Shown: positions 10,083-20,516 of the stretch, piece by piece
Layout: every line of letters begins with the position of its first letter
Position numbering within the stretch: position 1 is the stretch's first letter
Source: a virus
Taxonomy: Duplodnaviria > Caudoviricetes
DNA: 59,071 nt
Direction: 5' to 3' (one strand)
Virus record (IMG/VR): IMGVR_UViG_3300048589_000569
Coordinates: 1-59,071 of that record
The notes under the pieces: generated by a model
What the model was told of the DNA's origin: nothing
What the model saw: the letters and a program-made list of their open reading frames with translations, nothing else
Database searches by the model: none
Translations under genes and position numbers: made by a program

Positions 10083-10117
10083 GCCCTCGCCTTCGAAAGG
10101 GGGCGGGGGCTTTTTTT
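10083..10117 (+). terminator. rho-independent terminator after MCP
   Basis: GCCCTCGCCTTC-GAAA-GGGGGCGGGGGC stem (with G-U pairs) followed by T7. Confidence 0.85.
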
Positions 10118-10669
10118 ATGATCGACTTCCACGACTTTGCGGGTGGCCTTCGATACGACCCATCGCGCCACACTCTCCTGACCAATCACCCAGTCCTCGC
10201 CTCTCTGAGGGCCCGCTATCCTCAGTACGACCTGGGCATCTACGTCAGTAGGCGAGGCCGATTCGTCTGCTTCAATTGGCTCTCTCGTCCCTCCTCTTCC
10301 TGCTCCCCTTCAACCGGGAGGATGCTGGAGATTCACGTGTGGGACTCGCTTCCGGGCGTGGGGGAGGACATGACTCCTTCGTGGGAGTGGTGGGACAATC
10401 GGATGGTCGATTCGCATGTTGCTTACGAGCGGACGAAGAAGGCCCTCCGAGATCAGGAGACCGCCGAACGACTGAAGCAGGAACAGGCCGACGACCAGAT
10501 CAGTGAGGAAGTGCGTAGACTCAGACGCAAGGGTGATGAGGTGTCGGCGAAGGAGATGGCTTCTCTCCTGCCCCACGAGCGAGTGTGGTGTGCTCTTGAT
10601 GACGCCGACGAGCAGGTGGCCAAAGACTTCGCGAAGGAAGCCTCGAAGAAAGTGAGGGTTGCCGTATGA
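10118..10669 (+). CDS. hypothetical virion-region protein (183 aa)
   Basis: ATG ORF, translationally coupled to the next gene. Confidence 0.7.
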   Translation: MIDFHDFAGGLRYDPSRHTLLTNHPVLASLRARYPQYDLGIYVSRRGRFVCFNWLSRPSSSCSPSTGRMLEIHVWDSLPGVGEDMTPSWEWWDNRMVDSHVAYERTKKALRDQETAERLKQEQADDQISEEVRRLRRKGDEVSAKEMASLLPHERVWCALDDADEQVAKDFAKEASKKVRVAV

Positions 10670-11568
10670 GTTTCTTGCAGACCGCCATTCGACGTATGCG
10701 ACTGTACGCGGACGAGCCCTCCGACAACGCCAAGTATACGGACGCCCGCCTCGTCAACGACTTCCTCCAACCCGCCTACAGCCGCGTCTTCAACCAGATC
10801 GCCCTCTCCGCCGACGATGTGATCGTTCTCCGTCACGTTGTCACCCTCGTCGATGGGCAGGAAACCTACCTCCTTCCCCCCAACGTCCGTAGGATTCTCC
10901 AACTCGTCCGTCTCAACGATGAGAAGTTCGTCATCGAGGACTTTAAGCCCCGCAACGAACGGTCGTGGTGGGGGCCCGGCTGGGTCATCGAGGGCAACGA
11001 GATCCGTTTCCGTCCGCTGCCCCGCGAGGCCGAAACGTGGTACCTCTTCTACATCCCCAACGGTGATTTCTTCATTCACGAGGGTTACGGAGAGGTCGGA
11101 TCTGACGACTACACCTTCATACTCGACGCGACTCCCACCCTGGGCCAACTCGACAAGCGAAATCAGGCGTACGCGGGCGGCTTCCTTCGCATCCTCGACG
11201 ATGGAGGTGCTGTTGTTCAAGAGCGAGTCATCGAGTCCTACGATCCGACCACCCGTGAAGTGACTGTTCGCACCGCCTTCGATCCCTCTCTCAACGAGCC
11301 CTCCGCGGGCGTCCACTACGAGATCGCCCCTCAATCGTTCGAGCCCCTACAGGACGCATGGACCCTCTGTGCCTTAATGAAGTTGCTGGCCATCAAGAAC
11401 GCCTCCGGTGCCCACCTCGAAGCCATCCGTCGTGAATACGCCTCAGCCCTCAAGACCGTTCGCGACACTCACTCCTTCCTCAACGCTCGCACAGGAAAGG
11501 TGTTCGAACAGGACACCCGTGACAACCGGGACCTTATGCAGAACCAGTTGTGGAGGTTCACCCGCTAA
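10666..11568 (+). CDS. putative head-tail adaptor / tail tubular A-like protein
   Basis: N-terminal RMRLYADEP...YTDARLVNDFLQ and VTLVDGQETYLLP pattern typical of podophage adaptors; position. Confidence 0.55.
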   Translation: MSFLQTAIRRMRLYADEPSDNAKYTDARLVNDFLQPAYSRVFNQIALSADDVIVLRHVVTLVDGQETYLLPPNVRRILQLVRLNDEKFVIEDFKPRNERSWWGPGWVIEGNEIRFRPLPREAETWYLFYIPNGDFFIHEGYGEVGSDDYTFILDATPTLGQLDKRNQAYAGGFLRILDDGGAVVQERVIESYDPTTREVTVRTAFDPSLNEPSAGVHYEIAPQSFEPLQDAWTLCALMKLLAIKNASGAHLEAIRREYASALKTVRDTHSFLNARTGKVFEQDTRDNRDLMQNQLWRFTR

Positions 11569-12650
11569 TGTTCTCCAACTCCCCCTCCGGTGATGCCTCC
11601 CGCCTAGGTTCCTACCTCAGCGGCATCGTCAACCCCCAACTCAACCGCTTCCTCTCCTCCTCCTACGGGGACGGGTGGCAGGCCGGTTCTTCACGTGAGG
11701 GCCTCTCGTACGGCAGGAGTGGCGGTGACGTTCGCGATCACGCCTACGTGGAGTACCCCGGACAACCCCGCTTCCTCTACAACTTCGAAACTCCAACCGC
11801 CCGCCCCTTCATCTCCATCAACGGCATCAACATCCCCCCTCTCTTTGGGACGGGGGGCGGAGGTGGGACTTCGGTGGCTGGACCCGCTGGTCCCGAGGGT
11901 CCTCCTGGCTCCCCCGGCGCCCCCGGTGGCGGCTCCTCCCTCATCACCATTGAGAACTCCACGGGCGTCACCATCGAAGCAGGTGCCTACGTCACGTTGG
12001 AGGTTGGCTCCTTCGACAACGGCTCTTCCTACGACCCCTCCGACCCACTCATGACCGCCTCCCTCGAAATCACCACCCCAGCCTCCACAGGCGTCGCTCA
12101 GTTTCGTCCTGTCGCTATCGCCGCCGAAGAAATCGTTAATGGGGCCACGGGCTATGCGATGACGGGGGGGACTGCGTGGGCGTGGGTGGACTTCTCCGAG
12201 GCAATCGCCGCATCTTATGCGGTGGAACGAGTCCCATTCGCCGCACAAGGAGGTGGGGCCTCTGGCATCCTCGTCAACTCGTGGGTCTCCTCCCCCTGCC
12301 GAATCCTCTCAGTCACCTCTATCGAGTACGACGGCGACACCGACATCCGCCTCTGCCTCGTCGAAATTGACAATCAACGAAATCCCATCACCCTCGTCCA
12401 GTTGGTTGAGGACTCAGGCTCCGCCGACCCGGAGCGTCCCGACTACATCGCCGTCGACGTGAATACAGGCCTCGAGATTCCCAACCCCACTCCTTACACC
12501 CCCGACAACCGAATTGAGGGTCTGGGGTATGATCCTGCAACTCACGGATTCTTGTCCGCCTACAAAGGCGGCACCCCTGGAACCGGAGGCATCAAATTTG
12601 GTTACCTGACTTGGTGCAACGAAGTGCCCCTCCGTTACGAGTGCTCTTGA
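11568..12650 (+). CDS. virion protein with short collagen-like (Gly-X-Y) stretch
   Basis: GPAGPEGPPGSPGAPG; ATG at 11568 overlaps the previous stop. Confidence 0.6.
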   Translation: MFSNSPSGDASRLGSYLSGIVNPQLNRFLSSSYGDGWQAGSSREGLSYGRSGGDVRDHAYVEYPGQPRFLYNFETPTARPFISINGINIPPLFGTGGGGGTSVAGPAGPEGPPGSPGAPGGGSSLITIENSTGVTIEAGAYVTLEVGSFDNGSSYDPSDPLMTASLEITTPASTGVAQFRPVAIAAEEIVNGATGYAMTGGTAWAWVDFSEAIAASYAVERVPFAAQGGGASGILVNSWVSSPCRILSVTSIEYDGDTDIRLCLVEIDNQRNPITLVQLVEDSGSADPERPDYIAVDVNTGLEIPNPTPYTPDNRIEGLGYDPATHGFLSAYKGGTPGTGGIKFGYLTWCNEVPLRYECS

Positions 12651-12651
12651 T

Positions 12652-14454
12652 ATGGCAGGAAGAGTTGTCATCAAAGACGGAAGACTGGTGTTCAAGAGGC
12701 CGGGTGACACTGATCCCCAGCCCCTAGTCATCGTTCCCGAATCAACCTCAGACGAATGCACCGAAGCCATCTGTGAAGACTGCTGCGACGGCTGCCCCGA
12801 CGCCTTCGATCCACAAGATGTTTTTCAGGATGGCGACGACCTCCTCTGGCCTCGATCGCACGTCTTCCCACTCCGCCAAAACCCCGATGGTTCCTACTCC
12901 CTCACCACCACCATCACCTCCTACATCTACTTCGACGAAGACTTCTCTTTCAGCAGTGGAACTTACACTAAATCAGCCAATGTGGATGTTACCGCCTCTA
13001 TAGACCTCAATTTTGCTGACAATCTAGAAGTCGAGTGTCGAAGGGTACTTGCAGCATTGGGCTTTCCAGCCACCGAAGAATCGACGGTGACCGGGACTGT
13101 CTCGATCTCTATGGAGGGAGATTACACGGACAGCGACGGATTTACTGGTTCTAGAACTGCAACTTTTTCTTTGGATGATTTGGTGGGTTATTTAGGGTGG
13201 CACTATTTCTTCCCGTCAGCCACTTCAAGATTGAGTCTTCAATTTGAAAAGGACAGTGGACTTTCAGGGGCTTTTGACAAGGACGAATTTAAATTAAGCA
13301 TAGAACTTTTTGAAGACTCAGACGGGAATGTGTGTGCTTACTTTGGAGTTTCCTATCGGTTAAACCTCCAAACCACCGACGGCACGGATACTCTTTCTCA
13401 GGCTGTCGGAGAAGGTGCTATCAGGGGGGTGTTGGGGGAAAGCGTCTCAGATACCTTTTCTTCAACTACGGTGCCTGACTCGTGGGACTTCACGGCTACT
13501 CGCACACTCACAACGGCAGGACCCCCCTTTGATATTGAAAGGGGTCTGACCATTGCTGCCTCTTATTCGCAAGACACTCCTGTTTTGAAGTGTGTGTGGG
13601 GTACAGAGGCTCCAACGGCGGTTCTTGGGTCTGAGTGTGCAGATGCCGCGTGCGTGGACGAGAACGGGAATGTTGTTGATCCAAGGTGTTGTACTGGTGA
13701 GTTGTCCCCTGACGATCCTCTGTGTGGAGTCACCGAGCCTTCAGGTTGCTGTCCCACCGCTGGTGAGTGGTTCTTCGGGGAGGAGACGAACACCAGTTTC
13801 ACTGCCCAATGGAACGTGGGTCGCTACAATACGGCTGGTCGTCTTTTGCGTAGGTGGGAAGGATCCATCCCCTCTGTAGTTCGCCCCAGTCCTCCCACAC
13901 AACTCGACTGCGAACAATTGAGAACGGGCCTCACCTCCACACAGGCGGCTGGGATCCCAGGGGTGTACGCGGTCGCTTACGACTTCAACCCAACCATTCC
14001 CACCCTCCAAAATACGGCTTGGTCCTTCACGGTGGTCGATATGGGCTACGACAGCGCCCTTCCGGGAGTGGCCCGCTTCAACTTCGAATGCTACAAGCCC
14101 TCCTCCTCCGCCATCCTCTTCTCTGTGTCGAACATCTTCAATGGGCCCACCTGCTCCTTCGTGTTCTCCTCCACAGACACGTCAGGCGCCAACACCACGC
14201 ACTTTGATCAGACCGTGTGTGATCGGATCATCGCCGACCCCGTCTCCTCCGAAAACTTCTACATCGGGGGGACCACCACCTACACCGCGAATGATGTGTC
14301 TGATAGGACGCTGGGTGTGATTACTGTGGGTGTGTCAGCGACAAACTACGCCCTCTGCGATATGATGGGCGGTATGGGCGCCGCTTCGTGGCGGGGCTGC
14401 GGTTGCGTCGAGAAAGACCAGATCAGTAGCGATTTCGAAGGAGATCTCCTGTGA
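12652..14454 (+). CDS. Cys-rich, acidic putative fibre/receptor-binding protein (600 aa)
   Basis: CC/CxxC clusters (CEDCCDGC, RCCT, GCCP, GCGC), Ser/Thr-rich, in the tail region. Confidence 0.5.
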   Translation: MAGRVVIKDGRLVFKRPGDTDPQPLVIVPESTSDECTEAICEDCCDGCPDAFDPQDVFQDGDDLLWPRSHVFPLRQNPDGSYSLTTTITSYIYFDEDFSFSSGTYTKSANVDVTASIDLNFADNLEVECRRVLAALGFPATEESTVTGTVSISMEGDYTDSDGFTGSRTATFSLDDLVGYLGWHYFFPSATSRLSLQFEKDSGLSGAFDKDEFKLSIELFEDSDGNVCAYFGVSYRLNLQTTDGTDTLSQAVGEGAIRGVLGESVSDTFSSTTVPDSWDFTATRTLTTAGPPFDIERGLTIAASYSQDTPVLKCVWGTEAPTAVLGSECADAACVDENGNVVDPRCCTGELSPDDPLCGVTEPSGCCPTAGEWFFGEETNTSFTAQWNVGRYNTAGRLLRRWEGSIPSVVRPSPPTQLDCEQLRTGLTSTQAAGIPGVYAVAYDFNPTIPTLQNTAWSFTVVDMGYDSALPGVARFNFECYKPSSSAILFSVSNIFNGPTCSFVFSSTDTSGANTTHFDQTVCDRIIADPVSSENFYIGGTTTYTANDVSDRTLGVITVGVSATNYALCDMMGGMGAASWRGCGCVEKDQISSDFEGDLL

Positions 14455-14822
14455 ACCTCACCGTATTCATCCTGTCCATCCTCGCAGCGGTTGGATTGGC
14501 GACCGCCATCAGCGAGATGCCCTTCGGCCCCCTCCGCTGGTTCCGCACCAAAGTATCCACCCTCATCGAGAAGGATTGGTGGCGTCAGTTCTGGCACTGC
14601 CCCACCTGCCTCTCTTTCTGGTTCGCCCTCTTCTTCGTCCTCTTCGGTCAGGTGTGGCCCCACCTCCTCCTCTACTCTCTGTTTGGAGGCCTCACCGCCG
14701 TCTTCGTCGTTCGCTACCTCAAAGCCCTCACTCACCCCCGCCCCACCCCAACCATGCCACAACTCCCCATGAACATTGGACCAGTAACCTCGCGGTCGCT
14801 TGAGGATCAGTCGAATGGCTGA
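14451..14822 (+). CDS. DUF1360-like small membrane protein
   Basis: Hydrophobic helices with HCPTCLSFW (CPxCxSxW) motif. Confidence 0.6.
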   Translation: MNLTVFILSILAAVGLATAISEMPFGPLRWFRTKVSTLIEKDWWRQFWHCPTCLSFWFALFFVLFGQVWPHLLLYSLFGGLTAVFVVRYLKALTHPRPTPTMPQLPMNIGPVTSRSLEDQSNG

Positions 14823-15483
14823 GGTGAAGCCCCCGCAGATTCCCGAACATAAGACGGCGATTGTTGCCTGCCCCGGCCATGATTTTGATCGGGTGAGGGA
14901 GGAAGTTGAATGGGCGCGACAAGAGAGAGGCGTTCCTGTCGTTGGAATCAACCGAGCGTACCAGTTGACCTCGCTGGATTACTGGTGCGGGGTGGATGTG
15001 CAGAAGTTTTTCGACTCAGCATTCTTGTCGAAGGAGGTTCCCAAGTTCATCTGTCAAGGAAACGCAAGCAACTACCGCGCCTACCCGAACGTCGTAGGGT
15101 TGCCTTACGCAGGCGGACCAAAAGACGCAAGTAGTAGGTTCTGCGATGGGAAGTTACCCATCTGTCGCTCCTACAATAGAGGGTTGTTGTTCGGGCTCCA
15201 CGTCTGCTCGTGGATGGGCTTCAAGAACCTCCTCATTGTGGGGTCGGACTTCAAGATGCCCGACATGAAACTCTACCCCTTCTCGAAGGACAAGATCTCC
15301 GAGGCCCATAAGACCAAACGCGAGGTGACGATCTTCGCACGAGTGATCCAGGGGTTGAGAGAAGGGACACCCACTGCGTCGAAGTTTGGGGTGCGACTCA
15401 TCAACTGTTCGAAGGGTGGACCCCTCGACGAGTTTATGGAGACGAAGGGTGTGCGGGAAGCAGTCGAGGAGTTGGTGCGATGA
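14815..15483 (+). CDS. MptE-like/DUF115 Rossmann-like (glycosyltransferase-related) protein
   Basis: AIVACPG, VVGINRAY, YWCGVD and MGFKNLLIVGSDF motifs. Confidence 0.55.
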   Translation: MAEVKPPQIPEHKTAIVACPGHDFDRVREEVEWARQERGVPVVGINRAYQLTSLDYWCGVDVQKFFDSAFLSKEVPKFICQGNASNYRAYPNVVGLPYAGGPKDASSRFCDGKLPICRSYNRGLLFGLHVCSWMGFKNLLIVGSDFKMPDMKLYPFSKDKISEAHKTKREVTIFARVIQGLREGTPTASKFGVRLINCSKGGPLDEFMETKGVREAVEELVR

Positions 15484-17855
15484 GAGGAAGAGTCGTCGAT
15501 CAAACTTGGAACTACCGCACCAGCGAAATCAGCCAATCGAAGCGGACTCGTCGCGTCGGTATGGAGAGGGGGTTCTGCCCCGAACTCGTCGGCATTGATG
15601 GTAGGGTTCAAGGGGGCGTTCGTGTGTTCGGAGGTTTCAAGCGAGAGGGCCAGTTGGGTGCGATGACTCCCCTCTCGTCGGATAGCACGGGCTACACCAT
15701 CGACACTCTGCACAACGTCTTCCCCATCAGTTTTCAGGTCGGCTCCTCCGACATCTACCACGGCTACGTCGTTCGCTACACAAACGGCTCCACCGACTAC
15801 ATTGTGGTGGAGTACTTTGATGGGAGCGAGTGGCACATCCAGCAGATCACCAGTGGCTCTTCGGTCGCCGATCAGCCGATGGATGTGGCTGTTGTTGGGC
15901 GACTCGTGTACATCTTCCGAGAGGGGTTTCAGCCCGTCCTCTTCTACGTCGACCCCGACGCCACCGATGAGAGCGTGGTTGTTGCTGACACTGGGCCGGG
16001 CAAGGCCCCCAACACCGATCACGGTTCGGGCATCGTCGGCGAACTCACCGTCACTGTCGTCGACACCCTCCCCTCCGGCGAAGAGGGAGTCCTTCTACCT
16101 CCCGGTTCGTATGCGTTCACTTACCAACTGAGGGATTCGATCACCGGCAGACTCAGTGCGTTGGCCGAACCTGTCCAGATCACCTCGTCTGACTTTCCTG
16201 TTGTGGGATCGGCGCCTGATGAGGCTGCAACCAGCGGCTACATCAAGTTGGAGATCACGAACGCGACGAACTTGGCCAACCGATTCGATCAGATCCGCGT
16301 CTACCGCTCCCTCGAGGTGACTACGGCGGGTGGCTCTTTTGCAAGCAGCATCTACAACCTCGACAAGGTGGACGACTTCATTCTTGACGGAGGCACCTAC
16401 ACCCACTTCTTCGAGTTGGAGGACTACCCCCTCAGCATCCAACCTCTGTACGACAATTCGGCTCAGTTTCTCGAGGACATCCCCTTCGGTAGGGCAGCCG
16501 CCCACTACCAGGGGATGCTCGTTGTGTCCTCGCAGGATCAGGTGGGAGACGACGTGACCGCCATTGGCGAGATTCGTTATAGTTCGCCCACCACCATCAG
16601 CCCCGAACTGTTCCCCCCAGACAACCGCTTCCCTATGGAGGACAGTTCCGATGTGCCCCTCGCGTTTGCGAGGGTCGGTGGCTTCCTCTATGGGTTCAGT
16701 AAGAACCGAATCTACCTTGTCATCAAGAGCGGCATTCAGGTGATCGCGGAGGGGATGCATGAGGGATTTGGGGTGGTTGGGCAGTTCGCCGTCGGCACCG
16801 CCGAGAACTCCGCCTACTACCTCAGCAAGAACGGTTTCCTCCGCGTCGATCGTCAGGGTAACGTCGAGCCCCTCAACGCCATCGACCGCCTCGTCTACGA
16901 GGACTGGGCCGACTCTCTCGAAGAATGCTACGTCACCTTCGACCCCTCAATGAACGCTATCTTCATCCTCAATCCCATCGAGGAGAAGATGGTGTGCTTC
17001 TGGTTCTCCACCTCCTCTGTGTCGGAGATCTGGGACACGAACTTCGCGGTCGCTTCTTATGGCGTTGTTCCTTCGTCAGGGAACGAACTGAAGAGAGCCC
17101 AGTTCTTCAGCAACAAGGGCATCGTCTACCGCTTCGATGACAAGAGGGAGAAGGATCGCGTCGATCTGCTTGACCACTCTGGCCCGGCGATCACCACTGT
17201 CGACTTCACGGCGACCGCCACCTCCTCCGTTCGTGTCGTTGATGAAGGGTACGACACTGACGACATTGTGGGGTGCAAGATCGTGTTCATGAATGGGGAT
17301 TCGGAGTGGCAGATGAGGGAGATTACTGGGATCGTCGAGTCGGCGACCTCCGCTGGACCCACCACCTTCACTGTGGACTCTCCCGTCACCATTGATGAGG
17401 GGGACACGGTTGTTATCAGCCCGGTGAGATTCAGATGGGTGGGTTGGGAGATTGGCCTCGAATCGGAGTTCGGAGGAGCCGATTCGTATAGGGGGGCCGG
17501 TCAGGATTACTTCCGCAGACGCACAATTAAATCTCTAGGGTGCCACTTTATTAGCGTTGACGGGGACGCCTCCGATAACGCGAATGTGGCGGTGTTCAAG
17601 GCGTCCGTTCTGAGCGGCCTGTCGGAAGATCCTGTGGTGGAGAGGGTGGTGAGGTCGTATCAGGACAGGGAGACGGCTGTGGTGGCCGTGGCGGACAATC
17701 CCGGCAGATACCACGCGCCGCTTGGGGAGTTTGGAGTGGCAGGGTCGCTCCTGTTCCCGGTGGTGGAGGTGATGGCGGCAGACTTGGATTTCGTGTTGAT
17801 TTCGGTCACCGTCAATGGTAATATTGAGAGGACGTATAATCCAGAGGGGGCTTAA
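15480..17855 (+). CDS. tail nozzle / tail tubular B-like (beta-propeller) protein
   Basis: 791 aa, beta-rich, propeller-like repeats (EIRYSS, LYGFSKNRIY, AYYLSKNGFLR); position before internal virion genes. Confidence 0.6.
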   Translation: MRGRVVDQTWNYRTSEISQSKRTRRVGMERGFCPELVGIDGRVQGGVRVFGGFKREGQLGAMTPLSSDSTGYTIDTLHNVFPISFQVGSSDIYHGYVVRYTNGSTDYIVVEYFDGSEWHIQQITSGSSVADQPMDVAVVGRLVYIFREGFQPVLFYVDPDATDESVVVADTGPGKAPNTDHGSGIVGELTVTVVDTLPSGEEGVLLPPGSYAFTYQLRDSITGRLSALAEPVQITSSDFPVVGSAPDEAATSGYIKLEITNATNLANRFDQIRVYRSLEVTTAGGSFASSIYNLDKVDDFILDGGTYTHFFELEDYPLSIQPLYDNSAQFLEDIPFGRAAAHYQGMLVVSSQDQVGDDVTAIGEIRYSSPTTISPELFPPDNRFPMEDSSDVPLAFARVGGFLYGFSKNRIYLVIKSGIQVIAEGMHEGFGVVGQFAVGTAENSAYYLSKNGFLRVDRQGNVEPLNAIDRLVYEDWADSLEECYVTFDPSMNAIFILNPIEEKMVCFWFSTSSVSEIWDTNFAVASYGVVPSSGNELKRAQFFSNKGIVYRFDDKREKDRVDLLDHSGPAITTVDFTATATSSVRVVDEGYDTDDIVGCKIVFMNGDSEWQMREITGIVESATSAGPTTFTVDSPVTIDEGDTVVISPVRFRWVGWEIGLESEFGGADSYRGAGQDYFRRRTIKSLGCHFISVDGDASDNANVAVFKASVLSGLSEDPVVERVVRSYQDRETAVVAVADNPGRYHAPLGEFGVAGSLLFPVVEVMAADLDFVLISVTVNGNIERTYNPEGA

Positions 17856-17856
17856 C

Positions 17857-19095
17857 ATGGCATTCGGACCTGACAATCGAGGGTTCTCTGGGGGCGGTCA
17901 ATCCTTCACCAGAGGCCTAGCCGCCCTCAGCGGGGCTGCTCGTGGCAACATGGGCGGCGGCGCCATCAATCGGAGGGCCAAAGGCTCTCAGATGCAGGTG
18001 GTTCCCCCCTCCAACCTTCCGTCGAACTCTAGAGATGGTGGGAGGTCGCTTTACAACGCGAACGGGCTGCCTCGCGTCAACAACCCCAACATGTCGTTTG
18101 GGGAGTACGTGGACAATCGCACTCTCGCTCGTCCAGCGACCGCGAGGCCCGGTGCATTCACTCCGGACGCCACGTTCGGTCAGATGCAGAGGGACTACAT
18201 GAGTAGGGGTGGGGATCAGATCTCCACTTATGGGGGCGAGGGTGGTGAGATGTCCACGATGGACATGCTCAGGGAGGCTGTCGATAGCGACTATGAGCGG
18301 ATGCAGGGGGCTGCTGATCGACAGTGGCAACGGTTGGATCTGGTGAATCAGGAGTTCGCCGGTCGCATTGATCCCGCTGCCGACAGAGCCCGCAATGTTG
18401 GGTTCGAGCAGGCTGACGAACTGACGAGACTGGCCGAGGAGGACAGGGCGTTCTTCGAGCAGAAGAGTGACGAGATTCTCGGTGAGTACAAGAATCTCAG
18501 CGCTCAGCAGACGATGGCTCAGATCACCGGCATGAGACGGAATGTTGAGCAGAGTCTCTTCGAGATTGAGAGTGATCCCAACCTCACTCCCGCTCAGAAG
18601 ATGGCCCAGAAGGAACGCATCCGGTTGGGAGTCAACGAGCAGACGAGTGCCGTGGCCGCTCAACTGGGGGCCCAGTACAACGAAGCGAGGGCGACTCTCG
18701 GTCTCAACCTCAACCAGCAGCGACTCGGAAGCCAGCAGATGAGGCAGGGGATGTATGCTCAGGCTGCGTCGATGCGGATGGCGGCTGAGGCGGCTGCGAC
18801 CGAACTGGAGTTGGGGGGCCTCGTCACCCTCAGCAATCTCATCCGGTCGAACCCGGAGACTGTTGTTAGTCAGGTGACAGGACTCGCCCAACTGATGGCC
18901 ATCGAGTCCAGCGGTGGCGGCGGAGGTGTCTTTAGTCCGTCCGGCTTTATGGGCGGGGGTGGGAGTGAGTCGGCCCCCTTCGGACCTCAGTGGAACTGGG
19001 GATCGCAGGGCGACGAGGCTAGGGACTACGTGAGGGCCAATAGGGGGGGCGAGGACGAAGAGTTTGAGCCCGCCTCCGAGGGGATGCAGCGATGA
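17857..19095 (+). CDS. putative internal virion (ejection) protein
   Basis: Gly/Gln/Met/Ala-rich helical ORF in the ejection-protein position. Confidence 0.5.
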   Translation: MAFGPDNRGFSGGGQSFTRGLAALSGAARGNMGGGAINRRAKGSQMQVVPPSNLPSNSRDGGRSLYNANGLPRVNNPNMSFGEYVDNRTLARPATARPGAFTPDATFGQMQRDYMSRGGDQISTYGGEGGEMSTMDMLREAVDSDYERMQGAADRQWQRLDLVNQEFAGRIDPAADRARNVGFEQADELTRLAEEDRAFFEQKSDEILGEYKNLSAQQTMAQITGMRRNVEQSLFEIESDPNLTPAQKMAQKERIRLGVNEQTSAVAAQLGAQYNEARATLGLNLNQQRLGSQQMRQGMYAQAASMRMAAEAAATELELGGLVTLSNLIRSNPETVVSQVTGLAQLMAIESSGGGGGVFSPSGFMGGGGSESAPFGPQWNWGSQGDEARDYVRANRGGEDEEFEPASEGMQR

Positions 19096-20516
19096 GTCAG
19101 TTTCCTCAGCCCAATAGTGTGAGTCCTGGTGTGAACTTCGTCGATCCGTCGACGCAGAGCACGGGTTTCGCGGTGCAGCAGATCGCCGAGAACCGCAATC
19201 AGTCCGCCGAGCGTGGGGTTCGGGCGATGCAGGCGGAGATGGAAGCCCAGACGAAGATGAGGATGGCGGAAATGGACGCCAAACTCGCCCGCGAACAGAT
19301 GCAGCAGGAAGTTGCCCTTACTCAGCAGGGGATGGAGTTCCAGGGGGCGGAGGCCGAGAAGGACCGCACTCTTGAGCGTGAGGGGATGACGCAGGAGGCC
19401 TCCACCCAAGAGAGAGGTCTTCTGTTTCAGCAGGAGCAGTTCGAACGAGATAGGGAGATTGACCAGAAGCGGTATCAGGACAACGCCCGGCTTGAGGCTG
19501 CAAAGGCTGCCGCCGCCAACAAGAGAGCGGAGGCCTTGCTGCAAGGTCTCGACACCGACGACAATGAGTGGGAGGCGGCTAGAACCGCCAAGAGACAGGC
19601 TGACGCACAAACGTCCGCTGCGGCTGCCGCTTATCAAGCCCTCAAGGGGAAGAGTGACGTTGAGATTGAGGCGTTCAAGACTCGAATGCAAAGGGCGATG
19701 GACGAGCAGGTCCAACTCCGCGAACGCCTCGCCACCGACATCTCTGAGTCCCTGGGCAAGTTCCTCAGCACCACGGAAGACCCTAAAATTGGTGTTCCGT
19801 GGCGTGAAGTGTTTGGTGTTGAGCGGATGACCAAGAGTCTCGTCAGCATTGATGCTGTTCCTCTGGATTCGGCTGATGAGTTTGAGAAGTGGCACAAGGC
19901 CGCTCGTAAGGCCACCGCTGTTCGCAAGGAGGGATTGTCGGGGGATGCGGAGGACGCGGAGTTGGCTCAGGCCACCAAGCGTCTTCAGCAGAGCATGACC
20001 CCCCTTCAGTTTGATGCATTGATGGATTCGCTGGAGGCCTTTGCCACCTCTTCGCAAGAGACCGCCTCTAATGACTGGTGGAGCGATCACTCTGACGATG
20101 TTCGTGGGCTTCGGACGATGATTACGCTCACGAAGAAGCACTACGACAGTTCGATTGGGGATCGGAAGTTCGCCGAAGAGTTCGGCATCGCCATGGACAG
20201 GATCACCGCCGGTACTGGCAGAACCTCTCGAGACCAGTTGATGCAGGAGCCCGGCATCGCGGACTTCATTGAGAACCGAGAGTTGTTCGGATTGGAGGAG
20301 GATCAGGTCTACCAGTTGGTTGACGCCCTCACCGAACTCCGCAATCAAGGCTTCGACCTTGAGGAAGCCCAGCGGATGGCGGAGGAGGCCGGTTTCGCGA
20401 TGGAGGATGCCGAGGGCGAGGTTCTCAAGAAGGGCGTTCGTTCCAACCTCATTGGTCAGATGCAGGGCGACGAGGACTACATCCGCACGCTTGAAGAGAT
20501 CGCGGGAGGTGGATAA
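19092..20516 (+). CDS. putative internal virion protein (474 aa)
   Basis: Coiled-coil, Q/E/A-rich, translationally coupled. Confidence 0.5.
   Translation: MSQFPQPNSVSPGVNFVDPSTQSTGFAVQQIAENRNQSAERGVRAMQAEMEAQTKMRMAEMDAKLAREQMQQEVALTQQGMEFQGAEAEKDRTLEREGMTQEASTQERGLLFQQEQFERDREIDQKRYQDNARLEAAKAAAANKRAEALLQGLDTDDNEWEAARTAKRQADAQTSAAAAAYQALKGKSDVEIEAFKTRMQRAMDEQVQLRERLATDISESLGKFLSTTEDPKIGVPWREVFGVERMTKSLVSIDAVPLDSADEFEKWHKAARKATAVRKEGLSGDAEDAELAQATKRLQQSMTPLQFDALMDSLEAFATSSQETASNDWWSDHSDDVRGLRTMITLTKKHYDSSIGDRKFAEEFGIAMDRITAGTGRTSRDQLMQEPGIADFIENRELFGLEEDQVYQLVDALTELRNQGFDLEEAQRMAEEAGFAMEDAEGEVLKKGVRSNLIGQMQGDEDYIRTLEEIAGGG

Noticed and set aside
12652-14454. Diversity-generating retroelement target
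   Set aside because: No reverse transcriptase and no template/variable repeat pair seen.
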